64,000 nucleotides of DNA from Macrostomum lignano (Eukaryota), in contig NIVC01002533.1 of assembly GCA_002269645.1 (NCBI GenBank), forward strand, positions 99,474-163,473, read 5' to 3'. Positions within the stretch are counted from its first letter, which is position 1. Each line of letters opens with the position of its first letter. Of this stretch, positions 23,965 to 36,180 are shown piece after piece. Made by a program: the position numbers and the translations under genes. The notes beneath the pieces were generated by a model that saw only the letters and a list, made by a program, of their open reading frames with translations, was not told the DNA's origin and made no database searches.

Positions 23965-24560
23965 TGTACACTCGTCCCTTAGCCCAACCCCCTACCCCTG
24001 ATGTACACTCGTCCCTTAGCCCAACCCCCTATCTCTTATGTACACTCGTCCCTTAGCCCAACCCCCTACCCCTGATGTACACTCGTCCCTTAGCCCAACC
24101 CCCTACCCCTTATGTACACTCGTCCCTTAGCCCAACCCCCTACCCCTTATGTACACTCGTCCCTTAGCCCAACCCCCTACCCCTTATGTACACTCGTCCC
24201 TTAGCCCAACCCCCTACCTCTTATGTACACTCGTCCCTTAGCCCAACCCCCTACCTCTTATGTACACTCGTCCCTTAGCCCAACCCCCTACCTCTTATGT
24301 ACACTCGTCCCTTAGCCCAACCCCCTACCCCTTATGTACACTCGTCCCTTAGCCCAACCCCCTACCTCTTATGTACACTCGTCCCTTAGCCCAACCCCCT
24401 ACCTCTTATGTACACTCGTCCCTTAGCCCAACCCCCTACCTCTTATGTACACTCGTCCCTTAGCCCAACCCCCTACCCCTTATGTACACTCGTCCCTTAG
24501 CCCAACCCCCTACCCCTGATGTACACTCGTCCCTTAGCCCAACCCCCTACCTCTAATGTG
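23965..24560. repeat. 37-bp minisatellite (TGTACACTCGTCCCTTAGCCCAACCCCCTACCYCTTA)n
   Basis: Visible; shares the TGTACACTCG core with the 23015 array. Confidence 0.95.
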
Positions 24561-25232
24561 CACGTTTGTCCCCGCCCATTCTTGTAATATGCTTAAAATT
24601 CAAGAAACTTGAAAGTAGTCGGTTTGGTTAATGTTAAATAAGTATATCGATGTTGTTTTGTCATTAATAAATTAAGCTAATAATTGATCATTATTATAAA
24701 TACTAATTTAGCTTGCTCCTTGCTCTTTAGGTTTTAAAAACTTATTAATTGTCAGTTTGTCTCTAGGATTTTTTAATTAAAGAACTCAGCTTCCAAGTTA
24801 TAATTATAATTATAATTATAATTATCTTTTTTAATCCTTGGCTACTTTCAAGAATGTTATGTGTACTGCTAGACTAAGTTTTGTTAATCCTTGCAATCAT
24901 CATTATTGAAAATTTACCTGTGCTGACAAAATATTGATATGATTGCAGTCAATTGTTGTTATAATTAAAAATTGCTACTTGCCGCGTATTCAAAGAGCGC
25001 AGCGACTTAGTTCGTCTTGTTGAGCCTATTGAATAAAAGTTGATTGGCTATGACGTCATTATTTTATTACGTCTATTTTTCAGCTTGTATGCTCAATTTT
25101 CAATGAACCGGTGTTGTTTTTGGTATTTAAAATTTAATTTTTTTAGCTCGTGTTTTATAAGTAGCAATATATTTTCCTTCATGACTTGGGATTGCGCTGC
25201 ATCCATACGAGTATCTAGCGCATATCTGTTCG

Positions 25233-25372
25233 GCAGATGTGCAACCGACAGCTCAGCCGCAGCTATTGCGCGGCGCATCTGAAGGCTGCGTACGGCTGTT
25301 CAGTCCAAGGACTGGGGGGTCGCCACGCACACCCTCAATTATCCCAGCTACTGCTGGCACCCATTTTACAGC
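25233..25372 (-). mobile_element. Partial copy (3' portion) of the CORE-type SINE at 33290-33635
   Basis: Near-identical to 33354-33486 (GCAGATGTGCAACCGACAGCTCAGCCGCAG...CTGGCACCCATTT). Confidence 0.8.
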
Positions 25373-26047
25373 CTCGCTGTGACGCTGTCGCTTTCACAAG
25401 ACCGAATATTTTACTGAATATAACTGCCTTCACAATGCTGAAATTTTGTTCCTTTCAAGTAGATAAGAGATATTCGGGTACATATTTTAACTAGGAAGAT
25501 ACATGCATTCTAACTGAATCTATTGTTAATTTATTGAGCACAGCAGCTGGCTCTCACCGAAGTGTTAGCGGTTGCTTGTTGCAGCTCAACAGGCATACCG
25601 GCAGAGTTCAGAGCAGCCGTTGTCAGGGCAACCCTGTAGTAGGTGAATCTGCAGTTTCTTCAATTCCATGGCTAATTATTAATTATTATAATTATAGTTC
25701 TCTTGGGCTATTTTAACATCTTTTTATGATAGTTCCCAAAATCTCGAAAATAGTTTTTCAATGCTCGATCGAAAAGATGAAATTTCTTGTATAGAAGCTG
25801 AAGAAAATTTTCTTCTGTGTCGGCAAAAGAGATAAAGCATCAAAAGGTGACGATTTATATATAAACATGTAATCGCCATGGTTGCGTAAGACTGACGATC
25901 GACGAACTAAAAATAAAAAGCTAATTCGACTGTTTCTTGTTTTTCAAAAAAGGCAGCAGCAGACGGGACTACAATGTTACGAACACTTACGATTGCTGTT
26001 TTTCCTCGCTAGGATTATAAAGTATACACCGCACTGCTGCTGCAGCT

Positions 26048-26795
26048 ATCCCAGCAACTGAGGATCTGGGAGGCTGGCGCAGCGACTGATGAGGATCTGG
26101 GAGGCTGGCGCAGCGACTGATGAGGATCTGGGAGGCTGGCCCAGCGACTGATGAGGATCTGGGAGGCTGGCCAAGTGACTGATGAGGATCTGGGAGGCGG
26201 GCCCAGCGACTGATGAGGATCTGGGAGGCTGGCCCAGCGACTGATGAGGATCTGGGAGGCTGGCCAAGTGACTGATGAGGATCTGGGAGGCTGGCGCAGC
26301 GACTGATGAGGATCTGGGAGGCTGGCCAAGTGACTGATGAGGATCTGGGAGGCGGGCCCAGCGACTGATGAGGATCTGGGAGGCTGGCCAAGTGACTGAT
26401 GAGGATCTGGGAGGCTGGCCAAGTGACTGATGAGGATCTGGGAGGCGGGCCCAGCGACTGATGAGGATCTGGGAGGCTGGCCCAGCGACTGATGAGGATC
26501 TGGGAGGCTGGCCCAGCGACTGATGAGGATCTGGGAGGCTGGCCCAGCGACTGATGAGGATCTGGGAGGCTGGCCCAGCGACTGATGAGGATCTGGGAGG
26601 CTGGCCCAGCAACTGACGCTCATGGGAGGCTGGCCCAGCAACTGAAACTCTGGGAGGCTGGCCCAGCAACTGAAACTCTGAGAGGCTGGCCCAGCGACTG
26701 ATGAGGATCTGGGAGGCTGGCGCAGAAACTGTGGATCTGGGAGGTTGGCCCAGCAAGTGTGGATCTGGGAGGCTGGCCCAGCAACTGGGGACTTT
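26048..26795. repeat. 31-bp minisatellite (GAGGATCTGGGAGGCTGGCCCAGCGACTGAT)n, family X array 1
   Basis: Visible; same family as 34998-36180 and 38505-39570. Confidence 0.95.
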
Positions 26796-28141
26796 TGGCT
26801 GCTGACCAAAGCGGTTTTTCAAGACTGTTGTCAAATCCAAGAAAAAACAATGCTTTTATGCCTTATCATTAGGATCTGTAAAATCTTTAAATATACCAAT
26901 TGCTGTTTTATCTTAGTTTAAGCGACCCGTTTTCAATTGTTTTCCTAGTGTTCAATTTTTAAGGGTCAATAAAATTCCGAAAAATGCATTGCCATCATGA
27001 TTGCTTTTGATATACCAGCTAAAGTAAACAGTAGTGCGCTAATACTTAGTATCCGATAAGGGAAACTTTGTTTCGGAAAATCCATGGAAAAACCGTAGAA
27101 TTTCCATGAGAGTAATGATTGCTTCAGGCTGAAGTTCGTAGCTTGAAGTAAATAAGGACCACTTTAGTAAAACTGGACCTACATGTAAAACTCAAACATC
27201 GTGTAATTTTTTGGAGGCCGACTTTCTGGAAAAAGTACTCTGTGGAGATATTAAAAAAATCATTTTAATCACAAAATAAATGATGATTGCATTTGATTGA
27301 TTGATTCGTTCATTTTTTAATGATAATCATATTTGTTAATAAAATGTTGCATTCAGGTACTGCTCCTGAGCGCCACTATGGTAGGCGTAGTTCCATTCCG
27401 ATGCGCATTGTTTCTACAATACAGCGGGGCAACAATGGTAAATTAAAATAATGGTAATATTCACTGCCCCAGATAAAATGAAATCATTTTAATTTTGTTT
27501 TGATTAAATAGGATTTTTATTATCTCCGCAGTGCATTTCCCAGGAAATTGGTCTCCAAACAATTTCCATATGATCTTTAAAGTGTTACGTCCTGTTTTAC
27601 GAGTACTTCAAGGTAACAAGTGACTGTAATAATCACGCCTTTTATTTATTTACGAGTAATTTAACTTGAGCAGAATTTGCCCAACTTTAGCAACTTTAAT
27701 TGTGTATTTATTAATAAGCAGAAACCATTTTTGTTTTAGCAATTAAAAGGATTTTATTGGCCTTATAAGCGACTAATGTAGGTAGAAAAGAGTAGAAAAC
27801 AAGGTGCTAAAGTACGAATTTTAATCAAACACAAAGATATTTTTTATCATGCTTTTAGACGATTAAATACTTATAAAGAGATTTGTAGCGAGATTGAATT
27901 CAACTGCAACATTATTTGATATTGACTTGTTTAAAAAAAACTGGTTATAGATGGATACCGAGCAGAGAAGTACTGCAGCGAGTATGTATGGTTAGGGTCG
28001 TCAGGGTTATTTCGAAAAGTAGTTCAGCCGGGAGTCAGTGCGATGGTATAGTGTGGCGATCCATTCAAACTTTTATCATTAGTTTAGGTTAAAGTCACAT
28101 AAACCGCCTTCCATGTTTCATCTTAAACAGAATCGCTTGGC

Positions 28142-31100
28142 TCAGTCCTCCAGCAGCATGCGGTTCTGCTTGGCGCTCTGCAGCTCCTTCCGCGACTCGC
28201 GCATCTGACAAGCGGCCTGAGTCAGGTAGCGTCTTCTCCGCTGCCTGCCCTCCTTCTCTCGCAGCAGATCCAGGATGTCCACCTGGTCGCTGCCGCCGGC
28301 AAACAGTCGGGTCATGTCGGCAACCAGCTTGGTGGCAACGCTGTCGAGCATGTGGCACAGCACGGACATTGGCACCGTGTCCGCGATGCGCTGACAGGCC
28401 AGCAGCAGGTAGGCTCTGGTTCCCAGGCGAATTCGCTCCTCGTTTGATGGGTCGCTTGAGGCGGCTAGTGATGTTGATCCCCTGCAAAAAATTGGTCAAG
28501 GACCGTCACGGTTAATTAACATTATGGAAGTTTAAAAGTATTATTAACATCATAGTGACGCTTATTTGTACTAGCATGGATTGAATACCAAGGGGCTTTA
28601 GCACCAAGGGGCTTTAGCATCAAGGGGCTTTAGCACCAAGGGGCTTTAGCACCAAGGGGCGCCAGCATCAAGGGGCTTTAGCACCAAGGGGCTTTAGCAC
28701 CAAGGGGCGCCAGCACCAAGGGGCGCCAGCACCAAGGGGCGCCAGCACCAAGGGGCGCCAGCACCAAGGGGCGCCAGCACCAAGGGGCTTTAGCACCAAG
28801 GGGCGCCAGCACCAAGGGGCGCCAGCACCAAGGGGCGCCAGCACCAAGGGGCGCCAGCACCAAGGGGCGCCAGCACCAAGGGGCGCCAGCACCAAGGGGC
28901 GCCAGCACCAAGGGGCGCCAGCACCAAGGGGCGCCAGCACCAAGGGGCGCCAGCACCAAGGGGCGCCAGCACCAAGGGGCGCCAGCACCAAGGGGCGCCA
29001 GCACCAAGGGGCGCCAGCACCAAGGGGCGCCAGCACCCATACCCTTTATTGAACGCCCAATCAAAGCAATCACTCACTGAAAAACAAAATGTGGAGACTC
29101 TTTTTGCATTGTAAGAACTCGCAGCTTCTCCGAAAACTGGCTGTCCTGAGTGAACAAGCGGCGCTCGTGTGAAATCAGCTTAGCCAGGTCGGCCCGGCAC
29201 TCCGCCTCTTGGGCTTCGATCGCCTTGACAACAGTTTCTTTCACAAGTAGCAGCAGCCTTGGAAACGCTTTGAAACAGTCATCGGCCAGTTTCTCTAGCG
29301 TTTTAGTAACTTGAGACTGCACCTCACCGAGTAGCCACTTCGCCAGCTTTTCTATCTTTGGCAAATACTTTTCGAATACAATCTTCTGAACAATAGGGTA
29401 CACAAATGTGAAAGTTGGAAGCTCGCGTCCTCTTCTTAGCTGCACCTCGGCGGAGACATAGTCGGGTACGCCTTTCGAGTTGTCAACGATCCAGTCTGAA
29501 ATGGGCAGTTTGCCATGGACGTCAGTGGATAGCGCCGAGTAAATGAGCCATGGTACTCGTAATGAAAAAACAACTCACCAGGCTGGCTCCTGCTCACAGA
29601 GTAGCCAAAGCTGGAACATTTAGTCAGACAGCTGCTGTACAGACTGCTGGAGCTGCCCGTCGCGAATGCGTCCTCTGAACTGGCCGTGGCGGCGTGTACT
29701 TTTGAGGCAAACTGCTGCAGCTTGCGCATCAGGTAGGCTCTCTTGTCGCTGTCTGTCTCGCACAGACTGTCCTCCAGGTCTTTCAGCTCCTCTTCGTAGT
29801 CCTTCAGCTTGCTCTGCGTGAAAATTAAAAATGTTAAATTTACTTTTGCAGAATGGCTTTAGGTGAGGAGAGAAAAGGAGAGGGAGGAGAGGAGAGAGGA
29901 GAGAAGAGGGGAGAGAGGAGAGAAGAGGGGAGAAAGGAGAGAAGAGGGGAGAAAGGAGAGAAGAGGGGAGAAAGGAGAGAAGAGGGGAGAAAGGAGAGAG
30001 GAGGGGAGAAAGGAGAGAAGAGGGGAGAAAGGAGAGAGGAGGGGAGAAAGGAGAGAAGAGGGGAGAAAGGAGAGAAGAGGGGAGAGAGGAGAGGAGAGGG
30101 GAGAGAGGAGAGGAGAGAGGAGAAAGGAGAGAAGAGGAGAGAGAGGGAGAAGAGGAGAGAAGAGGGGAGAAGGAGAGAGAGGGAGACACAAAAGAAGAGG
30201 GGCGAGAGGAGAGGAGAGGGGAGAGAGGAGAGGAGAGGGAGACACAAAAGAAGAGGGGCGAGAGGAGAGGAGAGAGCTGAGAAGACAAAAGCACAAACAG
30301 ATCCCCAGATTGTAACTCTGAAGTTTCAAAGGACCCGGGGGCCGGATGGAGAGGCCTCGCGGGCCGGAGTTTTGCTTCATCCGAAATTGGCTTACCTTCA
30401 GACTCTCCTCCAGAGTCTCAATGCCAGCAGCCACAGCCTTGAACAATTCGTTTGTCAGCTTCTCTGCCAGCGTCTTTGTGCCAACGATATCCTTTGGCAG
30501 CTGGCTGAAGTGCGGATCGTTTTTGAAATAATCCTCCTCGATTTTGGCCACCTCGCTCAGACTGATGTTGTTCCTGAGCTCCTTGGGACTGCGGCATTTC
30601 ACCATGACAAAGCCTTTGTGCAGTCGCACTCTGCCTTGGTTGTTGACGATGGCTTTGATGTCCTCCTCGCTGCCAGGATTGGTCAGGTCCGGGCAAGTCA
30701 GGACTCCGATTGTCCTGGTGCCCCTTGGGTCCACCTGTTTGGCTAGAGCGATGGCCTCCACTGTCTCGATGTCCACGCTGCAGGGTACAACAACCAGGAT
30801 GATCACCTGCTCCTGGCTGATGTAAGACAGAATCAGATGCTTGGTGACCTCGTTGATCTTTGGATTCTTCTCAGAGTACCTGGCAATGCCGGGCAGGTCA
30901 ACCAGGGTGAGGTCGGACACATCCGCGCTTTCAATGGTCAGGTCGATCTGCTCCGTAGACACGCCGTTCGAGTCGCCAGTGATTTCGTTTTGTACTTTGC
31001 GCACTATTTCGTCTACTTCACATGTTTTCGATATGCTGCGCTCGATCTGCTCGCCCTGGCGATTTTGGTAGCTGTTGACGGGGGTTTTAAAGGGTGTCTT

Positions 31101-32760
31101 GTCAGTGAATCTTGCACTACGAGCTACTTGTAACGTTGCGGCTTGGAACACAGCACATGAAGAACTTTTGCAGGCTGGCTTTGGGCGAGGAGAGAAAAGG
31201 CCGGAGAGGGGAGAGGAGAGAACAGAGGGAGAGGAGAGAACAGGGGGAGAAGAAAGAACAGAGGAGAGAGGAGAGAACAGGGGGAGACAGGAGAGAAAAG
31301 GGGAGAGAGGAGAGAAGAGGGGAGAGAGGAGAGAAGAGGGGAGAGAGGAGAGAAGAGGAGAGAGAGGAGAAAAGAGCGGAGAGAGGAGAGAAGAGGGGAG
31401 ACCCCAGAGAAGAGGGGAGAAAGGAGAAAAGAGGGGAGAGAGGAGAGAAGAGGGGAGAAAGGAGAAAAGAGGGGAGAGAGGAGAGAAGAGGAGAGAGAGG
31501 AGAGAAGAGGAGAGAGAGGAGAAAAGAGGGGAGAGAGGAGAAAAGAGGGGAGAGAGGAGAAAAGAGGGCAGAGAGGAGAGAAGAGGGGAGAGAGGAGAGA
31601 AGAGGGGAGAGAGGAGAGAAGAGGGGAGAGAGGAGAAAAGAGGGGAGAGAGGTGAGAAGAGGGGAGAGAGGAGAAAAGAGGGGAGAGAGGAGAGAAGAGG
31701 GGAGAGAGGAGAAAAGAGGGGAGAGAGGAGAAAAGAGGGGAGAGAGGAGAGAAGAGGGGAGAGAGGAGAGAAGAGGGGAGAGAGGAGAGAATTGGGGAGA
31801 GAGAAGAGAACAGAGGAGAGAGGAGAGAAGAGGGGAGAGAGGAGAGAAGAGGGGAGAGAGGAGAGAAGAGGGGAGAGAGGAGAGAAGAGGGGAGAGAGGA
31901 GAGAAGAGGGGAGAGAGAAGAGAACAGAGGAGAGAGGAGAGAAGAGGGGAGAGAGGAGAGAAGAGGGGAGAGAGGAGAGAAGAGGGGAGAGAGGAGGGAG
32001 AGAGGAGAGAAGAGGGGAGAGAGGAGAGAACAGGGGAGACAGAGGAGAGAACAGGGAGAGGAGAGAAGAGCAGACAATTTCATCAATTTCAATTTTGAAA
32101 CAATTTTTTTTTGACAATATCAATGAAGCGCTGCGCTCCAGACTGAAACGAAGTTGAATGTAAACGCATCTAATTAAAAAGCCACGACCCCTGGTTCGAT
32201 TCAATGTTACGACCATATTCATTTGGGATTTGTGCGCACAAAGATTGGCCCAGGGGGTGTCGTAGGCCAGCCCCCCCCCAAGCCTGACGATTAGAACGAA
32301 AGTCAGGGCCGCTGTACACACCCTGTGTGAGCGTACACTGTAATAAGTCAAACAGGAGTTCTAAGGACGTGAATTGATAGAATGAAGATGCTCACCTAAT
32401 CCTGCCAGTCCAGTCTCCAGTTGGCTTTGAGCGCATGCTCAGCTGCAGCGGGCAGCGAGTCACAATGCCGCTACCGCGCGGCAAGTCCACGCCCGAGATG
32501 GCCTCCAGCACGCTGGATTTGCCTACCGATTGGTCGCCCACAACGGCTACTGTGGGCAGGCGGAGCTCATTTTGTAGGCCGTGCGACCGGAGACGATCGA
32601 TGCTGTTCAGCACTGGCCGGATTCGCTCGCGATACTGCTGACTGAGCGCTGGAGTGAACGGCTTGGAGGCGTCTGCAGCAGCGTCTGGCGACACAGTCTT
32701 AGTGGCACCAGGGCTCTTGACCTGCTTCGCCGGGGTCGGGCCATCAGAGGACTTGTGCTG
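28142..32760 (-). CDS. Mx: Mx-like dynamin-superfamily GTPase. Exons (5' to 3') 32760-32396, 31071-30396, 29813-29579, 29495-29078, 28481-28142; ~677 aa; start codon not located
   Basis: G1 [36 protein letters not shown]3 [13 protein letters not shown]4 region [18 protein letters not shown], stalk [33 protein letters not shown] borders are phase-consistent and the summed length (2034 nt) is divisible by 3. Confidence 0.92.
28585..29037. repeat. 16-bp minisatellite (GCACCAAGGGGCGCCA / GCACCAAGGGGCTTTA)n in the last Mx intron
   Basis: Visible; its reverse complement resembles the 47930-50340 array. Confidence 0.95.
29866..30285. repeat. GA-rich ~19-bp minisatellite (GAGAGGAGAGAAGAGGGGA)n in an Mx intron
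   Basis: Visible. Confidence 0.9.
31188..32070. repeat. GA-rich ~19-bp minisatellite (GAGAGGAGAGAAGAGGGGA)n in an Mx intron
   Basis: Visible; artificially extends ORFs 29859..32351 and 31075..32157. Confidence 0.9.
32180..32345 (+). mobile_element. Diverged relative of SINE family A
   Basis: B-box GGTTCGATTC at ~32193 and the shared core AGGGCCGCTGTACAC..CTGTGTGAG. Confidence 0.55.
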
Positions 32761-32774
32761 CTGTGGGAGAAAAG

Positions 32775-32823
32775 GTAGTAGTAGTAGTAGTAGTAATAGT
32801 AGTAGTAGTAGTAGTAGTAGTAA

Positions 32824-32855
<32 letters not shown>

Positions 32856-33003
32856 ACAGTAGTAGTAGTAGTAGCAGTAGTAGTAGTATTAGTAGTAGTA
32901 GTAGTATTAGTAGTAGTAGTAGTAGTAATAGTAGTAGTAGTAGTAGTAGCAGTAGTAGTAGTATTAGTAGTAGTAGTAGTATTAGTAGTAGTAGTAGTAG
33001 TAA

Positions 33004-33062
<59 letters not shown>

Positions 33063-33063
33063 A

Positions 33064-33153
<90 letters not shown>

Positions 33154-33157
33154 TAGT
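32775..33157. repeat. (TAG)n trinucleotide microsatellite, ~125 units
   Basis: Visible; lies immediately upstream of the acceptor of the first visible Mx exon. Confidence 0.98.
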
Positions 33158-33289
33158 ACAAAAGTTTACAAGCAAATAGCTTGTAGCTTTCGTTTTGTTC
33201 TATTAGTCTTCCGCTACAGACCTATAACAACGACAGTACGTGGCTGTGGGTAACAAAACCTGGAATTTTCTTAACGACCAAACAAACGG

Positions 33290-33635
33290 ATAATTTTACG
33301 TTAATATAATAAATCTTTATTATTGGTTATACGTGCCCCGATTGGGGCCATGCAGATGTGCAACCGACAGCTCAGCCGCAGTTATTGCGCGGCGCATCTG
33401 AAGACTGCGTACGGCTGTTTAGTCCAAGGACTTAGGGGGTCGCTACACACCCTCAATTATCCCCCAGCTAATGCTGGCACCCATTTCAAAGCTGGGTGAA
33501 CTGAAGCAATGCAGAGTTAAGTGTCTTGCTCAATAAGGACACAGCTTGTTCCAGCAGGATCGGGAATCGTTAACGTTAACACTTACAGATACAGAATTAC
33601 GAGCTACAATGAGCTACACTCCGACTCCTACAGTA
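33290..33635 (-). mobile_element. tRNA-head CORE-type (MIR-like) SINE
   Basis: Minus strand TGTGTCCTTATTGAGCAAGACACTTAACTCTGCATTGCTTCAGTTCACCCAGCTTTGAAATGGG resembles the MIR/CORE consensus as I recall it (TGTGTGACCTTGGGCAAGTCACTTAACCTCTCTGAGCCTCAGTTTCCTCATCTGTAAAATGGG). A degenerate A-box GTAGCTCATTG lies upstream and there is a second partial copy at 25233. Confidence 0.7.
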
Positions 33636-34312
33636 ACTTCTATGGCAAAAGCAAAGCATGCAGTACAAAATGGCTCACCCGCTTGTTTGCTACAGAGCAT
33701 GACGCACTACGTAGCGATGACATTTTAGGTTGATACAGTTTCTCTTCTAAAACTAAAAAAAGCGTTTTTTGAAAACTTAAAATTTAAGTTAAATTAAAAC
33801 TTAAGATTAGGAATAACAACGGTGTATATACTCTTCTTTGCGCACTGGTACATCACTATCCGTTGGCTTTTCTACGAGTAGATATACCTATTTTAACCAG
33901 CTTATAACACTTGCTCTAGCGACACTGTACATTCCTCTCATCAATGTACATTCAGGTCTTAACGTGCACGTAAAGAACTGCTCTCAGCATTTCTAGGAAA
34001 TTCCCGCATATATTGCGGATGAACTATTTACTAGAAATGTTTTGTCTGCATCAATTGATTTTTGCCATTGATCGGTGTAATAAACAAGAAAAAATACCTT
34101 ACGGATATAGGTATTCATTTTTTAGAACAAATACTCTTATTGCTTTGGTAGGAGGCAGACCCAGTGCTCATCTTTTGATATGTTGTGCCTTTCCTACATT
34201 ATAGCTCTATTGATCTTTATAAAGCTCTTCAGTTAGAAAATTAGGGTTCAATGTCATTTTTTCTTCTACGTACAATCTTACATGTCGTCCTGTGCCTAAA
34301 TACTATAAAAAT

Positions 34313-34651
34313 CAACGTCTCTAGTCATTGTCCAGAAGACACAGCCTGGCGTAATGACAAACTCAACTGGCCATTATTTCAGCTACTTCTCGTCAGCTCA
34401 AGCCTATCATCAGCTTATTCATAGTCTATGGCCCAACAGCTTTTTTATTTATAGTCTATGGCCCAACCACCGCCCTCTTTACGCAGTCGCACGCACGCAG
34501 ATTCTTACCCTGAAATAATGACCGCTTCCGGCACGCTGAAATAATGGCCAGGCTGTGTCTTATAGACAATGACGTTGCGTAGTAGGTAAGGGGCTGAAAT
34601 AATGGCGCACTCGTGTTTGGCCATTATTTCAGCCCCTTACCTACTACGCAA
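34313..34651. mobile_element. Foldback/MITE-like nested inverted repeats
   Basis: Inverted pair 34324-34349 / 34548-34573; perfect 32-bp inverted pair 34575-34606 / 34620-34651; the GCTGAAATAATG(G) motif recurs in both orientations. Confidence 0.7.
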
Positions 34652-34997
34652 TCTACCACACTGTGTGCAAGAGATGAAAATAAGGTTGATTTATAAAACT
34701 GAAAAAGGAATTCGTTCGTAAGAAAATGTGCTTTATAATGCAGTTGCACCAATAAATTTAGCTCCTTGCTTACTGCGCACCCCGAATGGGGGCACTAGAT
34801 TGCTAGTCGAATCTTATTTTCTAAGCGAAAAGCTCTATACTGCATTTGTGTCCGATTAAAAGCCAATAGCAATTCTTGTGCCGAAAAATGAAAACCTCCA
34901 TCTTCGCAATGCACTTTACTCGGTAAAATCAGCCTCCTAAATTTCCCAAGAAACGTAATTAATAGTTTCCCGTTTATCTACTTGAAATAGTTGAATA

Positions 34998-36180
34998 CTG
35001 AGGAACTGGGAGGCTGGCCCAGCAACTGAGGATCTGGGAGGCTGGCCCAGCAACTGAGGATCTGGGAGGCTGGCCCAGCAACTGCAGAGGATCTGGGAGG
35101 CTGGCCCAGCAACTGAGGATCTGGGAGGCTGGCCCAGCAACTGCAGAGGATCTGGGAGGCTGGCCCAGCAACTGAGGATCTGGGAGGCTGGCCCAGCAAC
35201 TGCAGAGGATCTGGGAGGCTGGCCCAGCAACTGAGGATCTGGGAGGCTGGCCCAGCAACTGCAGAGGATCTGGGAGGCTGGCCCAGCAACTGAGGATTTG
35301 GGAGGCTGGCCCAGCAACTGAGGATCTGGGAGGCTGGCCCAGCAACTGAGGAACTGGGAGGCTGGCCCAGCAACTGAGGATCTGGGAGGCTGGCCCAGTA
35401 ACTGAGGAACTGGGAAGCTGGCCCAGCAATTGAGGATCTGGGAGGCTGGCCCAGCAACTGCAGAGGATCTGGGAGGCTGGCCTAGCAATTGAGGATCTGG
35501 GAGGCTGGCCCAGCAACTGCAGAGGATCTGGGAGGCTGGCCCAGCAACTGAGGATCTGGGAGGCTGGCCCAGCAACTGCAGAGGATCTGGGAGGCTGGCC
35601 CAGCAACTGAGGATCTGGGAGGCTGGCCCAGCAACTGCAGAGGATCTGGGAGGCTGGCCCAACAACTGAGGATCTGGGAGGCTGGCCCAACAACTGAGGA
35701 ACTGGGAGGCTGGCCCAGCAACTGAGGATCTGGGAGGCTGGCCCAGCAACTGAGGATCTGGGAAGCTGGCCCGGCAACAGAGGATCTGGGAGGCTGGCCC
35801 AGCAACTGAGGATCTGGGAGGCTGGCCCAGCAACTGCAGAGGATCTGGGAGGCTGGCCCAGCAACTGAGGATCTGGGAGGCTGGCCCAGCAACTGCAGAG
35901 GATCTGGGAGGCTGGCCCAGCAACTGAGGATCTGGGAGGCTGGCCCAGCAACTGCAGAGGATCTGGGAGGCTGGCCCAACAACTGAGGATCTGGGAGGCT
36001 GGCCCAGCAACTGAGGATCTGGGAGGCTGGCCCAGCAACTGCAGAGGATCTGGGAGGCTGGCCCAGCAACTGAGGATCTGGGAGGCTGGCCCAGCAACTG
36101 AGGATCTGGGAGGCTGGCCCAGCAACTGAGGATCTGGGAGGCTGGCCCAGCAACTGAGGATCTGGGAGGCTGGCCCAGCT
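34998..36180. repeat. 28/31-bp minisatellite (GAGGATCTGGGAGGCTGGCCCAGCAACT[GCA])n, family X array 2
   Basis: Visible. Confidence 0.95.

Noticed and set aside
26048-26795. CTGATGAG in every family-X unit, suggesting a hammerhead satellite or C/D-box RNA
   Set aside because: There is no downstream GAAA or stem III/NUH arrangement, and no terminal stem or guide context.
27357-27437. Isolated plus-strand AG…GT-flanked 81-nt open segment (TAPERHYGRRSSIP…)
   Set aside because: No partner exons or homology are visible, so it cannot be supported.
29853-30746. Plus-strand ORFs overlapping Mx (29853..30746, 31075..32157)
   Set aside because: Antisense shadow of Mx exons fused to GA-rich repeats.
32281-32310. 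CTGACGA-N7-GAAA-GTC hammerhead-like string in the SINE copy
   Set aside because: There is no room for stem III and no stem I pairing; CCTGAC/GTCAGG is better explained as the SINE hairpin.
34355-34405. Minus-strand CTGACGAG…GAAA hammerhead-like string
   Set aside because: The U16.1 position is C and stem I does not pair; the apparent stem comes from the foldback repeats.
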